This document shows, one piece after another, positions 27,534 to 37,101 of a stretch of 60,555 nt of DNA. The stretch lies in the NCBI GenBank assembly GCA_903916245.1, contig CAIWVZ010000322.1, positions 1 to 60,555 on the forward strand, written 5' to 3'. The position numbers and the translations under genes are program-made. Numbering within the stretch: position 1 is the first letter of the stretch; each line of letters opens with the position of its first letter. Below the pieces are notes generated by a model. The model had not been told where the DNA came from. It saw nothing but the letters and a program-made list of their open reading frames with translations, and did no database searches. This stretch comes from an uncultured Planctomycetota bacterium. GTDB lineage: Bacteria > Planctomycetota > GCA-002687715 > CAIWVZ01.

Positions 27534-28949
27534 ATGCTGCGTTCTCTCCTTTTGGCCCCCGCACGATGGCTCACCACGAAGCCGTGGGCGCGTCCTTTCG
27601 TCGATCGCGTGAAGGCCGCCATGGGAACGGAACGCGCTGCCGATTGGGCGAAGACCTTGCGACCTCGACTCCCCGTTTCTCTGCGTTGGCATCTCGATGC
27701 CGTGCATGCCGTTCCCGGTGAGGGCGTGTTCTTCATCGGTTGGATGCTCGATCCCGAACAGGCTCTCGGGGGATTCGACGTCGTCGCCGACGACGGGAGC
27801 GTGTCTTCGATCGCGGAGCGTTGGGTGCGCTGCGAGCGTGCGGACGTGTTGGCCGCGTATCCGGGGGAATCGCGGACGGATGTGTTGGTGGGTTTCATCG
27901 CCTTCGTTCCGATCTCGCGGGTTGGGGCGAAGATCGCGGTGCGCGTCACCGCGCGTGGAGGAGCCACTGAACTTCGGGATTTCGCGGCTGCGGTGCCGAC
28001 GTCGGTCCTCGAATGGTCGAAAGTGGTGCTTTCTCACGTTTCGATGAAGCACCCCGACTTGGCGCGCATCGTCGCGCTGCACGTCGGGCCGGCGTTGCGC
28101 GGCCTTGCGAAGCGTCGCGAAGCTCCGCCGGAAGTGGTCGTCAAGACATTCGGGACACCTCCGGCGTCTCCGGAAGCGACGTTGCTGATTCCGCTCTACG
28201 GGCGCTTCGACTTCATTCGTTACCAAATGGCGCTCTTCGCCGACGACGCCTCGCTGAGGAACGTCGAAGTCGTCTACGTCGTGGATGATCCGCGCATCAT
28301 CGCGCAGGCGATGGACCTCGCATTGCACTCCTACGAGTTCTTCCGCGTACCGATCACGGTCGTCGCGTCGGAGCGCAATCTCGGATTCGCCGGTGCGAAC
28401 AATCTGGGGGCCCGGCACGCGCGGGGCACCCACCTCGTGTTGCTCAATTCCGACGTGATGCCCGGCGAAAACGGCTGGCTTCCGAAGCTGCTCGCTCCGT
28501 TGGCGGACGCGTCCATCGGCATCGTCGGGGCGCGACTTCTCTACGAAGACGGCACCGTGCAGCACGCGGGAATGAAGCTCGAAGCGTACGAACCGTGGGG
28601 CGGCATGCCGATCCTCGTGCATCCGGGTAAAGGGCTTCCGGCGTCGTCGCCCACCGGGCGGGTCGTGGAAATGGACGCCGTGACCGGAGCGTGTATGGCG
28701 ATGCGTCGCGACGAGTACACGGCGTTGGGCGGGTTGGACGAGACCTACATCCTCGGCGACTTCGAAGATTCGGATCTCTGCGTGCGATTCCGTCGGCGCG
28801 GCAAGACGACCGTCATGGTGGACGACGTCACGTTGTTCCACCTCGAACGGCAGTCCCAGTGGCTCATGCCGGACCTCGAATGGCGGCACAAAATCTCGCT
28901 CGTGAATTGCTGGCAACACGCTCAGGTGTTGAAGGGGGGGAGGTCATGA
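27534..28949 (+). CDS. Family 2 glycosyltransferase with ~220-aa N-terminal domain of unknown function
   Basis: ORF 27504..28949. The start is either GTG 27504 or ATG 27534. The GT2 core reads ATLLIPLYGR...VVYVVDDP...NLGFAGANNLGARHARG...LVLLNSDV...DFEDSDLCVR (DxD-like and ED motifs). Confidence 0.8.
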   Translation: MLRSLLLAPARWLTTKPWARPFVDRVKAAMGTERAADWAKTLRPRLPVSLRWHLDAVHAVPGEGVFFIGWMLDPEQALGGFDVVADDGSVSSIAERWVRCERADVLAAYPGESRTDVLVGFIAFVPISRVGAKIAVRVTARGGATELRDFAAAVPTSVLEWSKVVLSHVSMKHPDLARIVALHVGPALRGLAKRREAPPEVVVKTFGTPPASPEATLLIPLYGRFDFIRYQMALFADDASLRNVEVVYVVDDPRIIAQAMDLALHSYEFFRVPITVVASERNLGFAGANNLGARHARGTHLVLLNSDVMPGENGWLPKLLAPLADASIGIVGARLLYEDGTVQHAGMKLEAYEPWGGMPILVHPGKGLPASSPTGRVVEMDAVTGACMAMRRDEYTALGGLDETYILGDFEDSDLCVRFRRRGKTTVMVDDVTLFHLERQSQWLMPDLEWRHKISLVNCWQHAQVLKGGRS

Positions 28950-30217
28950 GGAAGACCCGCGTTTTGATCCTCGCGCACGGGCACCCCGACTTCTCCAAGG
29001 GAGGTGCCGAGAACGCCGCGTATCGACTCTTCAAGGGCCTCAATACGCGGCACGACGCGGAGGCGTGGTTCGTCGGTCGCAACGCCCACGCGGGCCTGCT
29101 CCACACGGGAACTCCGTTCTCCGTCGTCCGCGAGCGCGAGTTCCTCTTCTACTCGAACACCGACTGCTTCCAGTTCGCCAGTCTCGACAGTCGCAACCTG
29201 TGGCGCGATTTCGCCGAGCTGCTCGAGACCGTCCGGCCGGACGTCGTCCACTTCCATCACTACATCCACCTCGGTATCGAACTCCTCCGTGTGGTTCGCA
29301 ACACGCTGCCGCACGCACGCATCGTGATGACGTTGCACGAGTACCTCGGCATTTGCAACAACAACGGCCAGATGGTCAAGACCGACGGGACGCTTTGCTA
29401 CGAGGCGTCACCGTCCGCGTGTCACATGTGCCGCAACGATCGGTCTCCCCAGGACTATCACCTGCGACGGTCGTTCATCGGTTCGTTCTTCGGCCTCGTC
29501 GATCACTTCGTCGCTCCGTCGCATTTCCTTCGGAGTCGTTACACCGCGTCGGTCGTTCCCCCGGAAAAGATGACCATGCTGTGGGACGCGGGCCCCGAAG
29601 GGCCCGTCGCGGAGGCGCGCTCGGTCGCCGAGGGCGAGGCGCGCAGTCGGTTCGTCTTCATGGGGCAGTTCACGCCCTACAAGGGTGTCGAGGTTCTTTT
29701 ACAGGCGTTTTCGATGCTTCCTCGGAAGGTGCAGTCCTCGGCGCGCCTCGAGATCTACGGCACCGGGGCCCACCATCATCCGGAGGCGTTCCAAAAGCGC
29801 CTGCGCCGTTTGTTCCGCGAGGCGCACACGAACGTCCGCAATTGCGGCCCGTACGCCCCGGAGCAGCAGGCGACCATTCTCCGTGCGACCGATTGGGTCG
29901 TCGTGCCTTCGACGTGGTGGGAGAACGCCCCCCTCGTCATTCAGGAAGCCTTCTATCACGGGCGTCCCGTGATCTGTTCGAACATCGGCGGCATGGCCGA
30001 AAAGGTGACCGACGGCGTGGACGGGATGCACTTCCCGGTGGGAAGCGCGGCGGCGCTCGCCGACCGTATGGAAGAGGCGGTGACGACGCCGGGATTGTGG
30101 CGGCGACTCGCCTCCGGGATTCGTCCGACGGTTTCCAAGGAAGCGTGCGCCGAAAGCCACCTCGCGCTCTACCGCTCGCTCCGGCCCCAACCGGACGCGA
30201 CGGCGATTTCCGTTTGA
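28946..30217 (+). CDS. GT-B glycosyltransferase (family 4/GT1-like)
   Basis: This is the tail of ORF 28691..30217. ATG 28946 overlaps the GT2 stop (ATGA). It reads MRKTRVLILAHGHPDFSKGGAENAAY, with the C-terminal E-x7-E region WWENAPLVIQEAFYHGRPVICSNIGGMAEKV. Confidence 0.8.
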   Translation: MRKTRVLILAHGHPDFSKGGAENAAYRLFKGLNTRHDAEAWFVGRNAHAGLLHTGTPFSVVREREFLFYSNTDCFQFASLDSRNLWRDFAELLETVRPDVVHFHHYIHLGIELLRVVRNTLPHARIVMTLHEYLGICNNNGQMVKTDGTLCYEASPSACHMCRNDRSPQDYHLRRSFIGSFFGLVDHFVAPSHFLRSRYTASVVPPEKMTMLWDAGPEGPVAEARSVAEGEARSRFVFMGQFTPYKGVEVLLQAFSMLPRKVQSSARLEIYGTGAHHHPEAFQKRLRRLFREAHTNVRNCGPYAPEQQATILRATDWVVVPSTWWENAPLVIQEAFYHGRPVICSNIGGMAEKVTDGVDGMHFPVGSAAALADRMEEAVTTPGLWRRLASGIRPTVSKEACAESHLALYRSLRPQPDATAISV

Positions 30218-30268
30218 AACTCGGCCCGTGCGGCCCGTCCCGGGAGTGTGTAGGATGCCTCCCGGGCG

Positions 30269-30856
30269 ATGAAGCTGATCAATTTCCTCGCGTTTCAATT
30301 GGGGTGGTTCGGTTGCCTGCTGACCGTCCGTAAGGATGACGCGTCGTTCGGAATCGGCATCGTCGCGGCGATCGTGCTGCTTCATCTCGTGATGACCCTC
30401 GACAGCCGTCGCGAAGCCTTGGTGATTCTCGTCACCGCGCTCGTCGGTGCCGTGGTCGACGGCCTCAACGTCGGGTTGGGGGTCTTCGACGTGCGCCCTG
30501 CCGGAATCGCGCCGTGGCTTCCGCCCACATGGCTCATCGCGGTGTGGGCGCTGTTCGCGACGACCCTGAATGGGTCGCTTTCATGGATGCAGGGTAAATA
30601 TCTACTCGCCGCCCTATTCGGAGCGGTTCTCGGCCCCGCCTCGTATCTCGCCGGCGCGCGCCTGACGAAATCGCAGATTTCCTTTCCGATTCCCGATCAG
30701 GTCGGCGCCTTCCTCGAATGGAGCCCGGAACGGGTTTGGGATTGGAGTTCGGGACGGTCGATTTGGATCCTTGCGGTCGAATGGGCGGTGGTGTTTCCGC
30801 TGCTCTTGTTGATGGCGAGAAAGTTGCGCCCCGTATGGGCGGAGTCTTCCGACTGA
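30269..30856 (+). CDS. DUF2878-like small polytopic membrane protein
   Basis: 195 aa. The N-terminus MKLINFLAFQLGWFGCLL and 5-6 hydrophobic segments resemble DUF2878, a family I recall as a frequent companion of CFA-synthase/DUF1365 clusters. Confidence 0.55.
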   Translation: MKLINFLAFQLGWFGCLLTVRKDDASFGIGIVAAIVLLHLVMTLDSRREALVILVTALVGAVVDGLNVGLGVFDVRPAGIAPWLPPTWLIAVWALFATTLNGSLSWMQGKYLLAALFGAVLGPASYLAGARLTKSQISFPIPDQVGAFLEWSPERVWDWSSGRSIWILAVEWAVVFPLLLLMARKLRPVWAESSD

Positions 30857-30901
30857 CGGGACGTTGCTAGAGTCCGCCCCGGCGCCCGAAGGACGCACCC
30901 G

Positions 30902-31951
30902 ATGCACCACGAGTTCTACCCGTTTGCCGATTATTGGTGGTTCTACGCCTCCTTCATCGGTGGCGTGCTCCTCCTGCTCGTTCTCGACCTCGTCGTCTTC
31001 CACAAGGAGGCCCACGAAGTGTCGACGAAGGAGGCCTTGGGGTGGACCGTCGTTTGGACCGGCCTCGCACTTCTCTTCAACCTCGGGTTGTGGTGGTGGT
31101 TGCGTCGCGACCTACCGACGCACACGGACTTGATGTCCCATCCGGATTACACGGATCTCTTGGACAAGTTGAAGGATCCGGCCCTCGTCGCCACGAAATT
31201 GGCGGACGAGTTGTCTCTCCAGTTTCTGATCGGGTTCCTCGTCGAGAAGTCGCTGTCCGTCGACAACCTCTTCGTCATCGTCGTCATCTTCTCGTTCTTC
31301 CACATTCCGGCGAAGTACCAGCACCGGACGCTTTTCTACGGCATCATCGGTGCGATCGTCTTCCGCGGCATCTTCATCGCGATCGCGGGCGAACTCATGA
31401 AGTTCGAGTGGGTGGTCTACCTCATGGGTGCGTTCCTGATCGTGACCGCGATCAAGATGGTGCGCGGGGGCGACCAGAAGATCGACCCGGACAAGAACAT
31501 CGTCGTCCGGCTTACCCGACGCATCTTTCCGGTGAGCACCGAGCTCGACGGGGATCACTTCTTCACCATCAAGAACGGCGTCCGCTACGCGACCCCGCTG
31601 TTCCTCGCCCTCGTCTTCATCGAATTCACGGACATCGTCTTCGCCATCGATTCCATCCCGGCCATCTTCGGGATCACCAAGGAGCCGATGATCGTTTTCA
31701 CGTCGAACATGTTCGCGATCTTGGGGCTGCGAAACCTCTACTTCCTCCTCGCGAACGCGGTCGACAAGTTCCACCTCCTCAAGTGGGGTCTCGCGATCGT
31801 CCTCGCCTTCGTGGGCGCCAAGATGGCGATCCTGCTTCCGCTGCACATCAAGGTGCCGACGCTTCTGTCGCTCGGGTTCATTCTCGTGACGATCACGGCG
31901 TCGATCGTTCTGTCGCTCAAGTTCCCGAAGAAGCCCACGCATGCGGCCTAG
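30902..31951 (+). CDS. TerC/Alx family integral membrane protein
   Basis: 349 aa. Motifs: FLVEKSLSVDNLFVIVVIFSFF, EFTDIVFAIDSIPAIFGIT, FAILGLRNLYF. Confidence 0.9.
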   Translation: MHHEFYPFADYWWFYASFIGGVLLLLVLDLVVFHKEAHEVSTKEALGWTVVWTGLALLFNLGLWWWLRRDLPTHTDLMSHPDYTDLLDKLKDPALVATKLADELSLQFLIGFLVEKSLSVDNLFVIVVIFSFFHIPAKYQHRTLFYGIIGAIVFRGIFIAIAGELMKFEWVVYLMGAFLIVTAIKMVRGGDQKIDPDKNIVVRLTRRIFPVSTELDGDHFFTIKNGVRYATPLFLALVFIEFTDIVFAIDSIPAIFGITKEPMIVFTSNMFAILGLRNLYFLLANAVDKFHLLKWGLAIVLAFVGAKMAILLPLHIKVPTLLSLGFILVTITASIVLSLKFPKKPTHAA

Positions 31952-33374
31952 GGCGTGGGCGTTCGCGTTGGCCGTGATCGTCGCGATCACGGCCCCGATG
32001 CGGGCGCAGGATCTCGTCTCGTGGGAAGAACTCCTCGACGGGTTCGACGAGACGGAAACCAAGTACCTCCCGAAGAAGGAGGACGCCGCTCTCTCCGCGT
32101 TGATCGAAACGTGGACGGAGCGCGCGGAACGCAACGGGGGAAAGGTCTCCCGCGCGGAGTGGGAGAAGGTGGGCGGCGCGCTCTTGGAAAAGGGTCGCGC
32201 CGCAAAGGCCGACTACCGCAAGATCATGGCCACCGACTGGGGGCGCGACGCTTTGCAGATCGCGATCATGGATCGCGACGAGGTGAAGAACCGCCTCTCG
32301 GCCAAAGCGAAGTTTCGGACGCGGTACCACCCGCCCTACGTGATTCTCGTTCAGGAGTCCGAGGAGTGGGAGGAACACGCGAAGGCCGCCGAGATCGCGG
32401 GGTACTTGGCCGGCGTGCGGGCCGCCTTCAAGGCCGAGGTACTCGATCCTCTCGGTCGTCCCGAGGCGACGAAGCCCGTTCCGGTCGTGGTGCTCGCGTC
32501 GATGCAGGACTACGAAGTTTACTGCTCCGCGGGCGGCGGTAAGGGGATGGGGCAACTTGCTCACTACGAGCCGTCCAACAACCGTCTCGTGATCCACAAG
32601 TCGTGCGATATGTCGACCGTGTTGCACGAAGGCACGCATCAACTCGTGCGTTCGACCGTGCGTCGCCCGCTCCCTTGGGGTGCCGACGCATTCTGGTTCA
32701 ACGAAGGGATTGCCGAGTGGTTCGGACACGCGCGCCGGGTCGAAACGAAGGACGGCGTGGTGTACGAGACGGGCCTCCTCGATCGAAACGACGTGGATCC
32801 GAAGAACGCCACGTACTCCGGTCGCCTCATGACGCTTGAAGTGTTGCGTCAAGGCCGCAATCCGGCGTGGAAAGACGTTCGACCCTTCACGCTCGCGGAT
32901 CTCATCCGACAGACCAACGATCGCAAGGACGCCTATTCGAAGGAAGGCATCGAGGGCAACGCGCGGACGCTCGCCGTGTACTCGCAGGGCTGGTTCCTAA
33001 TCTACTTCCTCAATCGGTTCGACGTGACGAAGGAAGGCGTCGTGAAGTTCGGTGTTCCCGGTCGCTACCAAGAGGGCTGGAAGAAGTTCCTCGCGGCGAC
33101 GCTCGACGGAGCGTGGAACAAGGACCTTTTCGAAAAGAGCCTCGGGCTTCCGCCGGGCGGCATGACGAAAGTTTCCGAGGAGTTCGATCTCTACACGCGG
33201 TTCGTCTGGCGCAAGATCCGCAAGGGTCACGTCAAGGATCAGCGCCTCGTGCCTTGGACCGACGCCGTCGACAAGGACGGAAAGTCGATCGGGAAGCCGG
33301 AAGACGACCTGTTGCGCGCTCCCGAATCGAAGGCGGCTCCGAAGACGCCCGAAAAGCCGACGAAGAAGTCTTAG
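31941..33374 (+). CDS. Secreted DUF1570-like putative zinc metallopeptidase
   Basis: 477 aa. The start overlaps the TerC end by 11 nt. The signal peptide is MRPRAWAFALAVIVAITAPMRAQ. It has HEGTHQLV (HExxH) followed by FNEGIAEWFG, as in DUF1570. The C-terminal tail is Lys/Pro-rich. Confidence 0.6.
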   Translation: MRPRAWAFALAVIVAITAPMRAQDLVSWEELLDGFDETETKYLPKKEDAALSALIETWTERAERNGGKVSRAEWEKVGGALLEKGRAAKADYRKIMATDWGRDALQIAIMDRDEVKNRLSAKAKFRTRYHPPYVILVQESEEWEEHAKAAEIAGYLAGVRAAFKAEVLDPLGRPEATKPVPVVVLASMQDYEVYCSAGGGKGMGQLAHYEPSNNRLVIHKSCDMSTVLHEGTHQLVRSTVRRPLPWGADAFWFNEGIAEWFGHARRVETKDGVVYETGLLDRNDVDPKNATYSGRLMTLEVLRQGRNPAWKDVRPFTLADLIRQTNDRKDAYSKEGIEGNARTLAVYSQGWFLIYFLNRFDVTKEGVVKFGVPGRYQEGWKKFLAATLDGAWNKDLFEKSLGLPPGGMTKVSEEFDLYTRFVWRKIRKGHVKDQRLVPWTDAVDKDGKSIGKPEDDLLRAPESKAAPKTPEKPTKKS

Positions 33375-34444
33375 AAGGACGCCGCCGTGTCGGCGACCGC
33401 GTCGGCGACGCGATGGATGTCCGCGACGGTCGTGTCTCCGAGAAGTCCGACGCGCCACGTCGTCGATGCGTGCGGCCCGACGCCCGGGGCGACGGTCAGT
33501 CCGTGACGTTCGGCGAGTCGGCCGACGAACTCCGCGGGTGCGACGTCCCGGGGCGACGCATGGACGACGACGCTCGGTGCCGACGTCGCGAACGGGCAAA
33601 GCGTGGGAAAATCGCGCGCCGCCCGTTCGAGCCACGCACGGTGTTTAGCGCGGTGAGCCGCGAAGCGCGCATCGACACTCTCGCGATGAAGGCGTCGGAT
33701 TTGCGCGACGGCCGCGAAGAAGACGGGCAGAGCGGGCGTAAACGGGCTGCCGCCCGCTCGATGAAAACGGTCCACCCGGGCGAAGTCCGCGTACAGGCCG
33801 CGCCCCTCCATCGTCCGTGACCGTTCGATCGCGCGTTCGGACAACGCGAGAAAGGTGAGTCCGGGGGGCATCGCGAGCGCTTTTTGACTCGCGGTGAACA
33901 CCGCGTCGCAACGCCGACCCGGGACATACATCGCCCCCGCGGCCGTGACGGCGTCGACGAGGACGAGGACATGCGGGTGGCGTGCGCAGACGTCGAGCAA
34001 TGGGTCGAGATCGAGGGCGACGCCGGTGCTCGTTTCCACGGCGACCAACGCCACGGCTTCCACATCGTGGTTCGCGAGCGCGTGCTCGAGCACCTCGGGT
34101 GTGATGCCGAGATGATGGGGAACGTCGATCGACACCACCCGACGACCCGAGGCTTCGGCGGCGATCTTCCATCGATCGGCGAAGACGCCGCCGTTCGCCA
34201 CGAGCAAGGACCGACGCACGAGATTGCGGACCGTCGCTTCCATGGCGAGGGTCGCGGAACACGTCAACGCGTACACCGGACTATCGACGCCGAGCCACGG
34301 GCGCAGGCCATGGTCGAGTTCGTCGAGCAGCGCCGCCGCCGCCGCGGAGCGATGACCGATCATCGGCGTCGCCGCCGCCGCGAGGACGTCGGGGTGGACG
34401 TCGACCGGGCCCGGGAGAAAGAGGGTCGGCGTCCACGGCTTCAT
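33371..34444 (-). CDS. Class V pyridoxal-phosphate aminotransferase (serine-pyruvate/alanine-glyoxylate-like)
   Basis: 357 aa. It reads LFLPGPVDVHPDVL, has VLVDAVTAAG, and has the PLP-lysine context FTASQKALAMPPG. Confidence 0.8.
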   Translation of the reverse strand: MKPWTPTLFLPGPVDVHPDVLAAAATPMIGHRSAAAAALLDELDHGLRPWLGVDSPVYALTCSATLAMEATVRNLVRRSLLVANGGVFADRWKIAAEASGRRVVSIDVPHHLGITPEVLEHALANHDVEAVALVAVETSTGVALDLDPLLDVCARHPHVLVLVDAVTAAGAMYVPGRRCDAVFTASQKALAMPPGLTFLALSERAIERSRTMEGRGLYADFARVDRFHRAGGSPFTPALPVFFAAVAQIRRLHRESVDARFAAHRAKHRAWLERAARDFPTLCPFATSAPSVVVHASPRDVAPAEFVGRLAERHGLTVAPGVGPHASTTWRVGLLGDTTVADIHRVADAVADTAASF

Positions 34445-34453
34445 GACGGTGTT

Positions 34454-36031
34454 CTACCGCGAAACGAGCGACTGGGCATCGAGGACGATCGGCAGACTGG
34501 CAAGCACGGCGAAGACGCCGAGAAGAACGGCCGCCAATCGGCCGAGCGATCGGCCTCGGATCGTCGGGCACGGACCGGGGCCGGGAAGCGTCGCGAAGGC
34601 CGCCGCCGCGAGGGCGAGGATCGCGGGGATACGCACGTGCACGTCGATCATCGCGTGGGCGACGAGGGCCGTCGTGCCGCACCACCATGCGAAGTCCGCC
34701 CCTTCACCGACGACGTCGACGAGCCCCGCGAGCCTCCACGCGACGACGCCGAGCACGGTCCACACCGCGGCGTCGACGAGGGCCGGCGCGTCGATGCCGG
34801 CGGGGAAGAACGTGATGAGACGCTGCATGAGTCCGGCGAGGAGCGTGCCGACGGCGAACCCGAAGGCCCATGCGCGGGCGTTGTGGGGGAGTGGACGCTT
34901 CGCCGGGTCGCGGACGAGCGATGCGCCCAAGGCGGAGAGCGTTCGAAGAGACCCGCGGGCCGACGATAGTCGTCCCCAAACGACCCACAGCGCCGCGAGG
35001 GCGAAGGGCACGCCGAACTCGAGGGCGACGGCGAGCAGCGTCTGATGGGGATCGCGGCTGAAGGCGACGTCGGGGCGGGATGCGGCGGTCATGCGCGCAT
35101 CCGCGGAACCGGGTCCCGTCCCCACCAAGAGATCGACGACGCCGTCGAGGCTCGCGGGGAAGAGCGCGCGCAGTCCCGTCGTCCAATATCCGAGACGCTC
35201 CTTCAGGGTGCCGAGCTTGTTCGCGGCTTCGGGGGCGAGCCACGCGGCGGTGACGACCGCCAGACCGATGACGACGACCAGCGCCGCAAGGCCTCGGGCG
35301 GCTCGGGCGTAGGCGGGCCGAGTTTCGACCAAGGCCCATCCCATCGCTCCGCCGAAGACCGCCGCGGTCAGCGCGCCCGCGGAACCGGCCGCCCCCAACC
35401 CCAAGACGCCGAGAACGCCCAAGAGCCCGGCGACGAGGCGGCCTCGCTCCACGCGAAAGCTCAAGACGATGCAAGGGAGCAACGTGACGAGAAAGGCGGA
35501 GGCGAAGACGTTCGCGGAAGTGAATACGCCCGTCGCACGCCAGGAAGCGAGAAACGCACGACCGAGGTCCGTCGTCGTGATCGGCGCACCGCTTCCGACG
35601 AGCTCGGCGGTCATCGACGGACGCAGATACAAGACCTGGGCGAGTCCCAACAGACCGAACATGAATCCGACGGCGACGAGAGCTCGCCTGAGAATCGCTC
35701 CCGCCGCTTGTGCAGCGACGACATCACGCAGCGCGATCGCCGCGATCGCGAGTGCGAGCCCATCCGTTGCGCGAAGCCGCGCGTCCCCGGAGGCGCGGAC
35801 CAAGTGCCACGCGAGAAAGGCGGGGAGCGCGTACGTGAAAAGACGTGCCGGAAGATTCCACTTGGTCGCACGGTCGGCGAGGACGAGACCGCTTCCGAGG
35901 AGGAGGAGACCCGCGGCGAGGGCTTCACCGACGGGTGACAATCCCGCGGCGAGGAAAGTGCGCAACGCGAGTCCCGCACCCAACGTACCGACCGCCAACG
36001 CGGGTAGCCACGTGATCGGCGCCGCACTCAT
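34454..36031 (-). CDS. O-antigen ligase/polymerase-like (Wzy_C-type) polytopic membrane protein
   Basis: ORF 34454..36163. ATG 36031 overlaps the upstream stop (ATGA). It has about 12 TM segments. The central large loop carries FSRDPHQTLLAVALEFGVPF, like the H-containing loop of Wzy_C/O-antigen ligase proteins. The family call is tentative. Confidence 0.55.
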   Translation of the reverse strand: MSAAPITWLPALAVGTLGAGLALRTFLAAGLSPVGEALAAGLLLLGSGLVLADRATKWNLPARLFTYALPAFLAWHLVRASGDARLRATDGLALAIAAIALRDVVAAQAAGAILRRALVAVGFMFGLLGLAQVLYLRPSMTAELVGSGAPITTTDLGRAFLASWRATGVFTSANVFASAFLVTLLPCIVLSFRVERGRLVAGLLGVLGVLGLGAAGSAGALTAAVFGGAMGWALVETRPAYARAARGLAALVVVIGLAVVTAAWLAPEAANKLGTLKERLGYWTTGLRALFPASLDGVVDLLVGTGPGSADARMTAASRPDVAFSRDPHQTLLAVALEFGVPFALAALWVVWGRLSSARGSLRTLSALGASLVRDPAKRPLPHNARAWAFGFAVGTLLAGLMQRLITFFPAGIDAPALVDAAVWTVLGVVAWRLAGLVDVVGEGADFAWWCGTTALVAHAMIDVHVRIPAILALAAAAFATLPGPGPCPTIRGRSLGRLAAVLLGVFAVLASLPIVLDAQSLVSR

Positions 36032-37101
36032 GCGGGTGCGACCCCGCGACGACGGGCCCACAGAATCGCGGCGATCACGGGAAGGAAGGCGAGGTCGGCC
36101 GCGGAGCGAGGACTTCCCGAAAGCGCGTTGGCGGCGAGCACGCCGATCCACGCGATCGTCCAAAGTCCGTGAACGGCCTTATCCCTCGAACCGACCGCGG
36201 CGGCCATGCGATGCAGAAGGTGGTCGTGGCCCGCCGTGAACGGCGAGACGCCCCGTGCGATCCGCGCGACCGTGACGAGCACGCCGTCGATCACGGGAAC
36301 GAGCAGCAGTAAAGACGGAAGGAGGAAGGTCCGCCACGGGGTGGACCCGTCGTCGTAGCGGAGCATCATCACGAGGCCCGCGAGCAAGAAACCGACGAGG
36401 AACGAACCCGCGTCGCCCATGAACAGCCGTGGTTTGGGGTAGTTCGCGGGAAGGAAAACGATCAACGCCGCGACGAGGCAGCCCGCCAATGCTGCCACGA
36501 ACCACTGGCCCTGCGCGATGGCGAATACGAGGATTCCCGACGCTTCGATCGCCGCCACCCCGCCGAGCGCGCCGTTCGCGTTGTCGACGAAGTTGTGGGC
36601 GTTGACGACGAGGATGACGAAACCCATCGTCACGACGGTCTGCAGCCACGGCCAAGGAATCCATGCCGTCACGTGGAGGCCCGAGGCGACGAGGATGGCC
36701 GCGGCCAAACCCTGTGCGAGAAGCCGCGGCCACACGGGAAGCTTCTTCCGGTCGTCGATGTAACCGAGCACCATGAGTAGGACGGCCCCCGCAACGACGG
36801 CCGCGACTTGGGCGCCGCGTCGGCGAACACCGTCGATCAACGGGAGCACGTCGGGGGGCAAGCGTTCGAACAAGGCGGGAACCGAGGCGATGCCGAGCCC
36901 GACGAGCATCGGGATCGCCACGCCGACGAGAATCACGAATCCGCCGCCGTACGGCATCGGATGGGGATGATCTTTTCGGCCCTCGGGGATGTCGAGATAC
37001 CCGGTGCGACGGGCGAAGCGGATGATCGGGGCGACGCTCGCCGCCGCCGCAACCATCGCGGCGACGAAGACGACCGCGCCCGTGACCAGGAGACCGTTCA
37101 T
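36028..37101 (-). CDS. Polyprenyl-phosphate N-acetylhexosamine-1-phosphate transferase (MraY/WecA family, GT4 of PNPT superfamily)
   Basis: ORF 36028..37605. ATG 37101 overlaps the upstream stop (ATGA). Motifs: GYIDDRKKL, VVNAHNFVDNANG, FMGDAGSF, and the conserved Asp-rich loops of the family. Confidence 0.85.
   Translation of the reverse strand: MNGLLVTGAVVFVAAMVAAAASVAPIIRFARRTGYLDIPEGRKDHPHPMPYGGGFVILVGVAIPMLVGLGIASVPALFERLPPDVLPLIDGVRRRGAQVAAVVAGAVLLMVLGYIDDRKKLPVWPRLLAQGLAAAILVASGLHVTAWIPWPWLQTVVTMGFVILVVNAHNFVDNANGALGGVAAIEASGILVFAIAQGQWFVAALAGCLVAALIVFLPANYPKPRLFMGDAGSFLVGFLLAGLVMMLRYDDGSTPWRTFLLPSLLLLVPVIDGVLVTVARIARGVSPFTAGHDHLLHRMAAAVGSRDKAVHGLWTIAWIGVLAANALSGSPRSAADLAFLPVIAAILWARRRGVAPA

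Noticed and set aside
18897-28919. ORFs 18897..20633(-), 21164..22063(-), 22198..23973(-), 24765..25547(-), 25271..26122(-), 26071..27564(-) and 27507..28919(-).
   Set aside because: All are antisense to genes with unambiguous family motifs (MFS, DUF1295, CMAS, desaturase, FAD oxidoreductase, DUF1365, GT2). Their composition is typical of GC-rich shadow ORFs.
30857-30901. Possible yybP-ykoY (Mn2+) riboswitch upstream of the TerC-family gene.
   Set aside because: Only 45 nt separate it from the preceding CDS. I could not find the conserved riboswitch helices or motifs there or in the 3' end of the upstream gene.
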